IMG/VR virus record: IMGVR_UViG_3300021520_000002
Coordinates: 221,573-285,572 of that record
Strand: one strand, 5' to 3'
DNA length: 64,000 nt
Shown: positions 38,374 to 49,754 of the stretch, in pieces
How positions within the stretch are numbered: position 1 is the stretch's first letter
How the letters are laid out: every line of letters begins with the position of its first letter
Notes under the pieces: model-generated
The model's database searches: none
What the model was told of the DNA's origin: nothing
The model's input: the letters and a program-made list of their open reading frames with translations, nothing else
Program-made: the position numbers and the translations under genes

Positions 38374-41300
38374 TCAAACTTTAGTATTAACTTTAAAACC
38401 TTTGATTTTCATCTTTCTACATTTTTCAAATACACCATTTAAATTATTATTTTTATTTTCTCTAATAATTTCAATAACATCACTATCAGGTAATAAATAT
38501 TGTAATGCTTCAATTGAAGCTACAACTAAATCTTTATCAGTTTCTTCAATTAATATTTCTTTCCAGAATTGAACAGCTCTTTCAATTCTATGATCAATAG
38601 GTTTAAATTTTCTACCTTTTAGCGGCATATGATTTGGATTTTCTTCTAATGAAAGCATAGGTAAATCATGAACATTTATTTTACCAGATGGACTTTTTTC
38701 AAACAATGAATGTACAAAATCACCAAAAGCATCTATAGGACTATATTCTTTTGATCTACTATCTCCTGGTGAAGGAATTATAACTGGTTCTATTTCATAA
38801 TCACTGATGCTATTTATAAAACTTCTTAACTTATATGTATCACATTCATCTTTCTTTGGACATATTTCACATTTTTCTATATCCATTTTATCCCTCCGTT
38901 AATTCATAAAATATTGAATGACAATTTGGACAACTGAATAGTTGTTTATTATCATATACTACATTCATACTTCTATAATCTAATTTACCGTGAGAGTATT
39001 GACCTCTACTTACTAATTCTATTAGTGGTTCTCCTTTCTCTTTACATACTGGACACTGAAATTTTTCTCTGTCCATTATTCCTCCTCTAATTCATCATGT
39101 GACGACTAAATAACATATCGTCAATTTTAATATTTTTAATTTTTCCATCTGACTTAAAAGTATAGTGTCTCTGATACTTTAACAGATCATTTTGAATGTA
39201 TTTTCCTTGTTCAGAAAGTGACATATTTTCAAATTTTCTTCTTTCCAGATCCATTCCTGTTTTGATTAAATCTTTAAAGTCCTCTTTTATAGGATTATAA
39301 CCAATTACAGTAACATATCTTTTGAATATTTTTTCAAGTTCTTCATCAGATTTTGCCGAATCAAATTGTCCAAGAATAATATAGAAGAAACTATTTAAAA
39401 AATTAAGATGGGATTTTCTCATTTTACTACAATCCAATCCACCTTCTTCTTCTAGTTTTATAAGTTGTTTAAGTCTTTTTTGATTCATTTTTTCTCCATT
39501 AATTTAAAAGCAACATAAACCCAACCAATAATGAAAACAATTATTCCAACAGGTATTAAAATATCATAAATTAATATTTTAGATGTTATAGCTACTATCT
39601 GTGTAATTATAATGATCGTTGTTATTATTGGAAGTATAAGCATTATTCTTCCTATCCATCTTTTCATTTTTTCTCCTTTAAGAAGCATATGCTAAATGTA
39701 ACCATGAATCTGATAAATATGGATTTGAAGTTCCTGATGTTCTTATAGCACTATATTTAGATGTATTTGCAACAGCAGCTGTATATACAACTGTATATGT
39801 ATATGAATAATATGTTTGCATTGAAGATCTATATCGATCTCCAGTGACTTCTCCATTTTCAATCACTCTATAATGAATATGACTACAATGAGGACATTTA
39901 ATTTCATGATTTCCATTTAATCCAAAATCAAGCTTAGCTATAAAATCTTTACCACAACCATGACAATATAGATCAGTTGGAACTATCATTATTTCTCCTT
40001 TTTATCGGCAAGATCTTTAAATTAGATCTTGCCGATATTGATTTATTCTCCTTGAACCATTACTACTTTAAGTAATCTTTCTAAAATCATACTTATATGT
40101 GAACCAATCGATAAATCATCTTCTGCTATTTCTTCAACTCGTAAACCATCACAATATACTACAAATTTTAGCTTTCTCCATTCAAATATAACTGATTCTT
40201 TATTAATAGCTATTATTGTTACAGATTCTGGATATGGTATACTTTTAATAACTAAAGTAATAATTTTTTCTGGTGTTCTGATCATTTATTTTTCTCCTTA
40301 CTGATGATTTTCCATAAATTCATGAATTGTATCTCTTGCTAAACTTAAAGCATCTGGATGTGCATCTCCAGAACTAATAACTAAATTTAATAAATCATAA
40401 ATTGGTTCTAATAATCCATTAATATCATTTAACAAATCAATTTTTTCCTCTGAACATTTTCCTTTTTGTTTTACTGGTACTACACCATCTGGTTTCATAT
40501 TATTTCTCCTTTTTACATTCTGTTATTATTGATAATTCTAAATTAAGTAGATCAATTTCAGTTCTAAGAGCGTATACTCTTATATCTGTTGATAATAAAT
40601 CATTATTTTTAATTGTTGTGATAAATTTTGACATTTTTTCTAATTCTGCTAATGTTTTCTCCATATGTTCCAGTGTCATTCTTCTTTCTCCTGTGGAATA
40701 TTTGGAAGTCTAAACCACTCTTTTCTTTCATCATTAGCAGACCACATTGTTCCGTCATCACATAACGCATAAACAATAATTCCTGGATAACGTTCTTTTG
40801 AATTTGGTATATGTACACAAAACATTTGTATTGGCTTTCTCATATTTTCTCCTTTTTATTAGTAAGATCTATTGCTAAATCTTGCCGATATTATTAATAA
40901 GTTCTAATAAACTCTAACATCTTATTTCCTGATTTAAAGCAAATACATGTTTTACTACCCATTGGTATTCTTCTATTAATTAAATACACAGGACATTTAT
41001 TATTACATGAACCATGTTCACTACAACAAATTTCAAACAATTCTTCAGCTAATTCATCATCTGTTATTTCTTCTTTCTTTATTACTTTCATTAAAAGATG
41101 TACCATTTTATTTCTCCTTATTCATAGAATTTTATTTTCTTCCAGTTCTTTTTTCTTTTTCCTATAAATGGTGGATCATATTGTTTTACAGCTTTATATT
41201 CAATTTCAATAACTTCTTGTTTAAGTTTAGTAGTATCTCCATCATGTTCAATATCTTTCTCCCTAATTCTTCTAACTATAACTTCTGGAGAAATTTCTAA

Positions 41301-41438
41301 TACTATATATTCATTTTTACTTACAATGAGATCCTTTTTTATTGATTCTTGAATACATTTTACAAGAGGTCCCATATTTGATTCTAATTTTTTAACATCT
41401 ATTTCTTCACCATTGTCATCTACGATAAGAGTTTTCAT
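38374..41438 (-). CDS. cluster of small hypothetical ORFs (38374-38886, 38888-39076, 39087-39488, 39485-39667, 39678-39989, 40043-40285, 40298-40498, 40894-41106, 41118-41438)
   Basis: co-oriented ORFs mostly with AAGGAG SD; Zn-ribbon and TM types. Confidence 0.65.
40004..40036. repeat. dispersed palindromic hairpin, copy 6
   Basis: ATCGGCAAGATCT-TTAAATT-AGATCTTGCCGAT. Confidence 0.95.
40858..40889. repeat. degenerate palindrome, copy 7
   Basis: ATTAGTAAGATCT-ATTGCT-AAATCTTGCCGAT (left arm mutated). Confidence 0.8.
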
Positions 41439-41847
41439 TTGAACCTTCTTTTTATTTTTATATTATAGTAAATTAAATATATTGCAGAACAAACCATTGC
41501 ACCTACATAAATATACCAATATTCTTTAAGAAATTCAATTCTCCAGATAGTGTATTCTATTAACCAGTCTATCATATGTTTCTCCTTTTTAAAATAGTTT
41601 TTCTAAGTTGAGTAATTTTATTATTATCATACTATATATTGCTCCTATAATAAATGCTAAAAAACCTATCCAAAAACCATATTCAAAACAATTAGTACTT
41701 AATATTGAAATTGGAAATAATATCATTATAAGTCCTATGTGATTTCTCATTTGTTTCTCCTTTTGTTTTTAAAATTAAAATAAAGCTGGAAAATTCCAAC
41801 TTTATTATTCTATATTATTTCTATATGAAATCAAGAAAAAATAAAAA

Positions 41848-41955
41848 CAAAAAGAGTCTGGATATGTTAACGCTCATATCCAGATTTCGTTAGTAAGTGT
41901 AATTGATTGTGCCTGATTCAATCAATTACAGTCGCTTAACGCTTCTTTCTATTAT
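41848..41955 (-). ncRNA. candidate ~105-nt small RNA
   Basis: promoter 41961, 12-bp TGTAATTGATTG/CAATCAATTACA stem, terminator TCTGGATATG/CATATCCAGA. Confidence 0.6.
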
Positions 41956-41984
41956 TATAATTTCTATATGAAATGTTTAAAAAC

Positions 41985-42050
41985 AAAAACAGAAATCCGG
42001 GTTGCCCCGAATTCCTGTTTCCATCAAATCAAATCACTGTTCTATATATT
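41985..42050 (-). ncRNA. candidate ~65-nt small RNA
   Basis: promoter 42058, terminator AAACAGGAATTCGGG-GCAA-CCCGGATTTCTGTTT. Confidence 0.55.
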
Positions 42051-42093
42051 ATTATAATTTCTATATGAAAAGCTTGAAAACAAAAAAAAGTTG

Positions 42094-42125
42094 ATCGGCA
42101 AGATCTATTGCTAAATCTTGCCGAT
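42094..42125. repeat. dispersed palindromic hairpin, copy 8
   Basis: identical to copy 1. Confidence 0.95.
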
Positions 42126-42131
42126 AATTAT

Positions 42132-42614
42132 TTATTTATTAAATGTGGTTGGGAGTTCATTAATTTTATCGCTAATAAATGCTCCATCTTTAAAAAACCA
42201 TAATATTAATGTTGTTCTATGAATTTTAGAATTTTCTAAATCATACAAATATTTTGCTTCTTTTTTAGACAGATCAGATAGATAATTAGATAAGTTTGTT
42301 GATTGTTTCATATTATCTAAACTACCAGCAATTGTCACCTCAGATGATTTTGATAATTTATATCGAGCATTTTTAATTATACTAATATTCTCTTTTAAAC
42401 TTACAATTTCAATATGTGTTGATCTCAACTTTGGATAATCATTAATTCCTGAAATTATACATATTGTAAAAATTGCTAATGAAATAATTAATACAAAACT
42501 TGATACCATATACCAAGCAGTATCATCATGATAATTTTTCTTGTTTATTTTTCTATAAACAGATATACTAACCATTACTATAATTGCTAAAATACTTAAA
42601 TAAAGATAGAACAT
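42132..42614 (-). CDS. hypothetical membrane protein
   Basis: two N-terminal TM helices; promoter 42658; SD AGGAGGT. Confidence 0.7.
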   Translation of the reverse strand: MFYLYLSILAIIVMVSISVYRKINKKNYHDDTAWYMVSSFVLIISLAIFTICIISGINDYPKLRSTHIEIVSLKENISIIKNARYKLSKSSEVTIAGSLDNMKQSTNLSNYLSDLSKKEAKYLYDLENSKIHRTTLILWFFKDGAFISDKINELPTTFNK

Positions 42615-42975
42615 ATTTTTTAACTACCTCCTTTTGAATTTTTTATTACCTATATAATTTCTATATATAATCTTTGAAAAAATAAATTTATAATACTATA
42701 TAACTCTACAACTACTCACATATGATCACGGTTTCCCTATGGGGTATTTTGGAAAACCCTTTATATTTTTTCAAGGATAGAAAATACAGAACTATAATCT
42801 TAGATAGTATGATATTAAATTTTTTAATGATTCTATTGTAGCTTCTCTTTTAGAAGCATAGGCTTAATTTTCTGGTTGATTTTCCAGGAATAGTTTTAGT
42901 AGTAGTTTCTGGAGTTCAATTTCCAGAGAATGTTTGTTTGGAATAATATAATAAATATATAGGAGGAAAATTTTT

Positions 42976-45900
42976 ATGGCTGATCAAGTAACTCCGACTC
43001 AAGAACGTTATATTGATCCATATATGCAACGGATTTTCGATTTCGATACCGTTGATGCTAAAGTGTATTTATCTCGTGCAACAAACATGTTGCTTAAGTC
43101 CATTGGTAACAATCTAGTTCTCGATGGATTCGATATAGAAAATCCAACGATTACCTCAAACACAATCATATCAGTTGATGTTAATCCTGGACTAGCTATA
43201 CAAGATTATGTACTTTGTGAAAATTTAGCAGGAACTGGTGTTATACCAAAAGTAACATTGAGTATGGATGTTGCTGGTTTAACTGATACAACTGTTGGAT
43301 TAGCTCATATAGGGGTTTTTCTTGATTATCAATTTTTACATACTGTGAACAGGAATGATTTTGTATTAAGAATGTATCATGTACCAGCATCTGGATTTGG
43401 ATTAACTCCAGCTGGTTTCAGTGCACCAAGAAGTGCTACACTTATTGGTATTATATGTTATACAAAAGATCCTGTAACAGGATATGTAACATATGCATGG
43501 GTTCTTCCAGAATTAGTTGGTGGAGTACCTGATTATGAAAACTGGCCATCTCTATTAGCTGAGACTGTAACTTTTTATCTGAAAGGATGGAAAGAACATT
43601 ATCCTCATATCAATTTTCATGATCTGGTTAAATTTATAGGTGGATATGAAGGTTGGGTAAGTGGTCCAGATTCAGCAATTGATGAAAGTATTGCTGTTTT
43701 TGATGGTACAAGTGGTAAACTAATTAAGATGATTGAACGTAATGTAAGAGTTATTCCAGATTGTTCACTTGGAATCAATGTAGAAGTTCCTTGTGATAAT
43801 GTTCTTGGAACTGATGGTAATATATATCGGTGTAGAGTTTCACACACATCTGTCGATGAAGTTTTACCAACTAGTGAAGTTACAAATCTTGGTCAAGGGT
43901 ATCGTTGTAAATTAGCTCATACTGCAGCAGCTATTAATGAGCCAGGTGTTGGTGCTAATTGGGCAACTTATTGGACAGTAAAAATAAGTGTTGCTGGTCC
44001 AGCTTGGGTTTCTGGAACAGATTATATAATTACTGGAAATCGGCCGATAACTGGAAATTTTATTGATCCTGAAACATTACATGAAGAGTGGACAAAATAC
44101 TGGGATAGAAACTATGATAAATTAACAGCTGATGTTTGGACCGCTGGAAGACCTTATATAACAAATATGGATTCTATTATGGAGATGACTATCGGCAACT
44201 CAGAAGTTCATCTTAAAAAATATTGTGCAAATATAGAACCATATAGTGGTTTCGATACAAATTTTTGGAATGCAGAACGTCAATATCGTCCAGCTATGAT
44301 AACTGGTGATTTAGTAACTATGGGTTTTGATTATTCTTATGGTTATAATTGGATACATTGTGGACCTCCAAATACTATTATTGATAATATCATGGGGTGG
44401 GAACCATATAATGCTCTTATGATTTGGAATCATAAAACACAAGAGGCTTGGGATACATTTCCTGTTCAATATGGTATTGTATGTGAAAATCAAAATTATG
44501 CTACAAATTCATGGGTATTTCCAATAGCAATATCTGGTTGGCAAACTGAAGCTGGTCAGTCTGAAATTGAAGGACAAGATGGAGTTTGTTATCGTTGTAT
44601 TAAAGATCATACTTCAGATCCAACAAATAGGCCATTTAGTGGTGCTACACATAATGGGCCTGGTACAGTTTCAAATTTAGCTAATAGTCCTAATGTTGTT
44701 GGAGTTGGTACTCAATTTCTTTCAGATTTTTATATGAATCATACTATAGTAATTGACGGTGAATATCATTTTATTGCACATGTAACTGATGATACAAATC
44801 TTATCACAGGCATTCCATCTGAACTTGGTGATACATGGTCGACAACACCAATATCATTAGCCCACACCAATGTAGCATATGAAGTGTGTGATTGGAATGA
44901 ATTTTGGGCAAAAGGTGGTGGAGCTGGAATGAATCCTTGGGCTAATGGTAGATTTTATCAGTCCAGAGGAACTTCTAATAGTTTTATAAATATTGCTTTT
45001 CATGGTATATCCATGAGTTATGGTCAATTTGGTATGGGTCAGTTAAGACCCTTTTATGGTGAATGTAGATATATGGGTGGTTCTTATGCAAACACTCATT
45101 ATGGAGATGATACAGGCAACAAACCTCTTGGTTGGGGTTCTATGAGAGTTGCTATGTGTTTTATGGCTGAAAGTAATTTATATGAAGATGGTTGGGAAGG
45201 CAAACCAGGAACTATTCCTGTAACTGAAGGGACAGTTTATGGATTTTATGCTAAAGCATTTGATGGTGGAGCATTTAAATATTCTTTCTGGGGACAAAAT
45301 CAACTTTATATTGGTAAGACTGATACTTCTTATACTGGTCAACTAGCAGCAATATATGCAAAATATGAAAAATCTTGTCGATTAAATGAAACAATAATAG
45401 GTGTTTTTGCAGTAGCAGGAGATATTCCACAAGAGTTAGTAACACCAGCTAATGATTCAAATTTTTCTTGGAATCCAACAGATTGGGTAAATGATACTCT
45501 TGTAGAATGTGTATGTCATCCTGGTACTGAAGAAGTTCCACCACTTCCATGGCAACAAAGTTATCTTCGCTGTGTATCTTCTGCAGCTGGACAATATGGT
45601 CATTTACCAGCGGCAAATTTTCCAGTAGAAGGAATAACATTAGTTACTAATGGTGGATTAACATATAGATGTATAAGACCTTACACATCTACTTTAGATA
45701 CTGAACCTGGAGTTGGAGCAAGTTGGGCATCATATTGGGAGTTATTTCCTGATTGGGATATTGGTATAGATTATGTTTTTGGAGATTTTATAGTTAAAGG
45801 TTCTGTTAATGTATATAAATGTATATTAGCTCACACTTCAGCCGCTATTACGGAACCTGGAGTTGGTGCAAGTTGGTCTGTGTGTTGGAAATATGCTGGA

Positions 45901-48900
45901 GTTACAACAGTATCACCTTGGGTTGAATGGATAAGATATAATACAGGTGGATTTACATATATAACAACATTTTATGTTCAAGCATTAACACTAGGAACAA
46001 GTTGGCAGTTAAGATGTGGTACACAAATAATAGGAATAATAAATTCTACAGGAAGTTATGAAATTACTTGGGATGCAATATCTACAGGTGATTTTTCAAT
46101 TATTTCAAATAACGTTTCAACATTAGATATTTTACAACCATTATCATTAAAAGAAATTAATGAAGTTCCTGGTGCTAGTAGTGCTATAGCATTACAAGCT
46201 GTTGCTACTGATACAATAAATAGTTCACAAACTATATTTGGAGCAGTTTGCATAACAAACTCACATACTGAAAGAGGTATGAGATCAGCTGCTGTGCTTG
46301 GAATGACTACATGGTATGGAAGTAGATATGTTTTAGGAACAGATTCATCCACAGTTTTAGGAACAGATGGGGCAATATATGTATGTAAAATAACTCATAG
46401 ATCAAATGTGGGATATTTGTATGGTGGTTATAGTCACAATCAACCTTCTGCTGGTTTTTGGTGGGAAGATTTTTGGAGAGTTTTTATTAATATTTGGAAT
46501 ACTGGTTGGCATTATACTGTTGATACTTCTGTTATCGAATCTGGTGAAATTTATACATGTATATTAGAACATACTGCAGATTCAACTAGTGAACCAGGTG
46601 TTGGTCTTGATTGGGCATTATATTGGAGTGATGAAGGACCAGTTACCACATTACCGTGGGCAGCAAATACAGATTATGTTGCTAAATCTTATGAATGTAC
46701 AACAAAACACACTTCAACAGATGATGATAGACCAATAACTGGTATAAATTGGGCAACGTATTGGACATTAGATACTAGTGCATTTGCTACTGGTAACGTT
46801 TGGGTTAAAAATAGAAGATATGTAGATATAGGTCCAACAGTAATAACTGGACAACAAAGTATAGTTGACGTTCAACAAGAAGATGCATCACCAAGTGCTA
46901 ATACTGGGGATGATTGTACTGTAACTAGTTATTATGCAAATGCTATACCTGGTGGAAGAAGAGTATTTTCTTATTATGGTGGTGATCCCATATATATAGA
47001 TAGAGAAACAGCAGCTAACAGAGAAATTGATGCTGCGATTTTTGCCGATTATACATATCCAACAAGAGAAGCAATAGTTCAGTGTGGTGCTGTAACACAA
47101 TCCATAGATATTGGTGGTTCTCCGAATTATAATTCATATGGACATATTATTGGTACACTTGGATTAGTAACAAATACGTTTAACGGCAAATTATCTTTAT
47201 ATGGTCTTGAAGGAAGATGTGATGGTAAAGGATTAAATGTTAGCGCTTGGAATATTGGTGTATTTGGTATGGCTAATTGGACTAATCCAATTTATGATGA
47301 TAGTTTTGATGAAAATTATTATAAAGTTTTTACAACAGCTGATGTAGATGTAGTAGCTGATACAATAACTTTTATAGATGGACATGGGAAAGTAGATGGT
47401 GATATTGTTGAATTTACTGTTGAAGCTGGAACTTTACCTTTAGGTTTATCAATAGATTCAATTTATACAGTTTTAAATAGTACACCAACAACATTACAAG
47501 TTGGTTATGGTTCAACAGTTCTTCCACTTGTAAGTGTTGGTACAACTGGTCCTTTTAGAATGTATCTGGGAAGATCTGCACCAATGTTAACATATGGAGT
47601 TCAAAGTAGAACATATATGATTAATGATGATGGATCAGAATATTCAACTAACTTTAATAATAATTTTGCGATAAATACATGTTTTGCAGCTATGAAAGCT
47701 GTAGGTGGTTGGATGCAATATACTTTATCCGGTTATGATCCAATTATGTTAACATCTGGAGATTATGTTATAGGTACAGATTCAGATTATGTTTTAACTG
47801 GTGGTACTATTTATAGATGTAAGATAAATCATAAAGCTGGAGGAATGTTTGGTGATCAGGAAGCTCCTGGTCAAATGTTTGGATTTTTATATTGGAGTCC
47901 AGTGACAGATGCTTCTGGTCCAGTGACTGCTCCTGCTTGGTTAAAAGGTAAAGATTATAAAGCAAATTATTATAAATGTACAACAACACATACTTCATCA
48001 TATGATGATCGACCAGTAAATGGTGTAGATTGGGCAGGATATTGGACGAAAGAATATATTTATACACCCATGGGTGAAGATCATATTTGGTATGAAGGAA
48101 AAAGTTATAGAGGACAAGTAACAATGGCATATACTGGATTCCATGTGGATCAAGTTGGTGGTGGTGCCTTAGTTGTTAATGGAGTAACACCCGGTTCAGT
48201 AAATACTGGATGGGTGGAAGTTCGAGTTGATAGTGGTATCGGTTGGATACCTTATTGGTCAACAGGAGCTGTAGCAACAAGTGGAACTTCTGGAACAGGT
48301 GGAACATCAGGTACAAGTACAAGTGGTACTTCAGGTACAAGTACAAGTGGAAGTTCTGGAACAAGTACATCTGGTTCATCTGGAACAAGTACAAGTGGTA
48401 CTTCTGGAAGTAGTAGTGATATAGATTTAACTGAAGGTAATTGGTATCTTGGAACTGGTTGGAGTATAGGTAGTTTAATAAAAGTTTCAGCAACAAGTTC
48501 TGGAATGGCTTGGTCTAATGATCATGTTCCGACTATTGGAGAAACTTATACAGCCACAGTAGTGTGTGATTCATATGATGCTGGAGGTGGTCTTGGAATT
48601 TATTGGAACTATGGTGGGATATGTGGATCAAATGGTATAGCACTTCATGCTGGAACAAATACACGTACTGGAGTGGCAACATCAGGAAACACAGCTTTCT
48701 TCTTCCCACTTAATGATGCGTGTACAGCTACAATTTCACGTATTAATATAACAACAGGAACGAGTGGAAGTAGTGGAACATCTGGAACAAGTACATCTGG
48801 TTCATCTGGAACAAGTACAAGTGGAACATCTGGAACAAGTACAAGTGGAACTTCTGGAAGTAGTAGTAATGTATCTTTAGATGTAAGTAATTGGTTAACT

Positions 48901-49677
48901 GCTATTGGTTGGACTGCAGATGGTACTTATTTAACAAAAGCATCAGCAACTGGGTCTGAAATGACTTGGGCTAATGATCATATTGCAACTCCTGGACAAA
49001 CTTATACAGTAGAGGTTGTATGTGATTCATATAGTGCTGGAGGTGGTCTTGGAATTTATTGGAACTATGCAGGATTATGTGGTTCAAATGGTACACCACT
49101 TCATACTGGAACAAATACAGTTACTGGAGTGGCAACAGGAACAGTGTCACCACTTTTCTTCCCACTTAATGATGCGTGTACAGCTGTAATTTCACGTATC
49201 ACTATAACAGTTGGAACATCAGGCACAAGTGGAAGTAGTGGAACATCTGGAACAAGTACGAGTGGAACATCTGGAACAAGTACAAGTGGAACATCTGGAA
49301 CAAGTACAAGTGGAACTTCTGGTGCAGATTCAGTATCACTTGAAGCATCAAATTGGTTAGCTGGTGTTGGATGGACATATGGTACTACATTATCAAAAAC
49401 TGCAGGTGTTGAAGGTGATTTAATTTATGCTAATGATCATATAGCAAGTGCAGGATCTTCATATACAGTTACAGTTATTGCTGATTCATACACTACTGGT
49501 GAAAGTTTAGGTATTTATTGGAATCTTGGTGGATTATGTGGTGTGAATGGTAAACCACTTGTTGCTGGAACAAATTCAGCAACTGGAACAGCATCAACAA
49601 ATGGATCAGTATTATTTTTTCCATTCGGTACAGGATGCGCATGTGTAATTAGTTCAATTACAGTACATCAAAATTAA
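42976..49677 (+). CDS. giant tail-fibre/virion appendage protein (2233 aa)
   Basis: N-terminus paralogous to 50569 gene; multiple CBM5/12-like modules; three C-terminal beta modules joined by GTS linkers. Confidence 0.75.
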   Translation: MADQVTPTQERYIDPYMQRIFDFDTVDAKVYLSRATNMLLKSIGNNLVLDGFDIENPTITSNTIISVDVNPGLAIQDYVLCENLAGTGVIPKVTLSMDVAGLTDTTVGLAHIGVFLDYQFLHTVNRNDFVLRMYHVPASGFGLTPAGFSAPRSATLIGIICYTKDPVTGYVTYAWVLPELVGGVPDYENWPSLLAETVTFYLKGWKEHYPHINFHDLVKFIGGYEGWVSGPDSAIDESIAVFDGTSGKLIKMIERNVRVIPDCSLGINVEVPCDNVLGTDGNIYRCRVSHTSVDEVLPTSEVTNLGQGYRCKLAHTAAAINEPGVGANWATYWTVKISVAGPAWVSGTDYIITGNRPITGNFIDPETLHEEWTKYWDRNYDKLTADVWTAGRPYITNMDSIMEMTIGNSEVHLKKYCANIEPYSGFDTNFWNAERQYRPAMITGDLVTMGFDYSYGYNWIHCGPPNTIIDNIMGWEPYNALMIWNHKTQEAWDTFPVQYGIVCENQNYATNSWVFPIAISGWQTEAGQSEIEGQDGVCYRCIKDHTSDPTNRPFSGATHNGPGTVSNLANSPNVVGVGTQFLSDFYMNHTIVIDGEYHFIAHVTDDTNLITGIPSELGDTWSTTPISLAHTNVAYEVCDWNEFWAKGGGAGMNPWANGRFYQSRGTSNSFINIAFHGISMSYGQFGMGQLRPFYGECRYMGGSYANTHYGDDTGNKPLGWGSMRVAMCFMAESNLYEDGWEGKPGTIPVTEGTVYGFYAKAFDGGAFKYSFWGQNQLYIGKTDTSYTGQLAAIYAKYEKSCRLNETIIGVFAVAGDIPQELVTPANDSNFSWNPTDWVNDTLVECVCHPGTEEVPPLPWQQSYLRCVSSAAGQYGHLPAANFPVEGITLVTNGGLTYRCIRPYTSTLDTEPGVGASWASYWELFPDWDIGIDYVFGDFIVKGSVNVYKCILAHTSAAITEPGVGASWSVCWKYAGVTTVSPWVEWIRYNTGGFTYITTFYVQALTLGTSWQLRCGTQIIGIINSTGSYEITWDAISTGDFSIISNNVSTLDILQPLSLKEINEVPGASSAIALQAVATDTINSSQTIFGAVCITNSHTERGMRSAAVLGMTTWYGSRYVLGTDSSTVLGTDGAIYVCKITHRSNVGYLYGGYSHNQPSAGFWWEDFWRVFINIWNTGWHYTVDTSVIESGEIYTCILEHTADSTSEPGVGLDWALYWSDEGPVTTLPWAANTDYVAKSYECTTKHTSTDDDRPITGINWATYWTLDTSAFATGNVWVKNRRYVDIGPTVITGQQSIVDVQQEDASPSANTGDDCTVTSYYANAIPGGRRVFSYYGGDPIYIDRETAANREIDAAIFADYTYPTREAIVQCGAVTQSIDIGGSPNYNSYGHIIGTLGLVTNTFNGKLSLYGLEGRCDGKGLNVSAWNIGVFGMANWTNPIYDDSFDENYYKVFTTADVDVVADTITFIDGHGKVDGDIVEFTVEAGTLPLGLSIDSIYTVLNSTPTTLQVGYGSTVLPLVSVGTTGPFRMYLGRSAPMLTYGVQSRTYMINDDGSEYSTNFNNNFAINTCFAAMKAVGGWMQYTLSGYDPIMLTSGDYVIGTDSDYVLTGGTIYRCKINHKAGGMFGDQEAPGQMFGFLYWSPVTDASGPVTAPAWLKGKDYKANYYKCTTTHTSSYDDRPVNGVDWAGYWTKEYIYTPMGEDHIWYEGKSYRGQVTMAYTGFHVDQVGGGALVVNGVTPGSVNTGWVEVRVDSGIGWIPYWSTGAVATSGTSGTGGTSGTSTSGTSGTSTSGSSGTSTSGSSGTSTSGTSGSSSDIDLTEGNWYLGTGWSIGSLIKVSATSSGMAWSNDHVPTIGETYTATVVCDSYDAGGGLGIYWNYGGICGSNGIALHAGTNTRTGVATSGNTAFFFPLNDACTATISRINITTGTSGSSGTSGTSTSGSSGTSTSGTSGTSTSGTSGSSSNVSLDVSNWLTAIGWTADGTYLTKASATGSEMTWANDHIATPGQTYTVEVVCDSYSAGGGLGIYWNYAGLCGSNGTPLHTGTNTVTGVATGTVSPLFFPLNDACTAVISRITITVGTSGTSGSSGTSGTSTSGTSGTSTSGTSGTSTSGTSGADSVSLEASNWLAGVGWTYGTTLSKTAGVEGDLIYANDHIASAGSSYTVTVIADSYTTGESLGIYWNLGGLCGVNGKPLVAGTNSATGTASTNGSVLFFPFGTGCACVISSITVHQN

Positions 49678-49687
49678 AAAATAGAAT

Positions 49688-49719
49688 ATCGGCAAGATCT
49701 ATTTCTAGATCTTGCCGAT
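49688..49719. repeat. dispersed palindromic hairpin, copy 9
   Basis: ATCGGCAAGATCT-ATTTCT-AGATCTTGCCGAT after fibre stop. Confidence 0.95.
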
Positions 49720-49754
49720 TATTTTAAAAGAAAATGAAAAGAGAGGAAATATAA

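Noticed and set aside
48420-49210. Diversity-generating retroelement TR/VR pair
   Set aside because: Both copies are in-frame domains of one gene, differences are not adenine-specific, and no reverse transcriptase is in the window.
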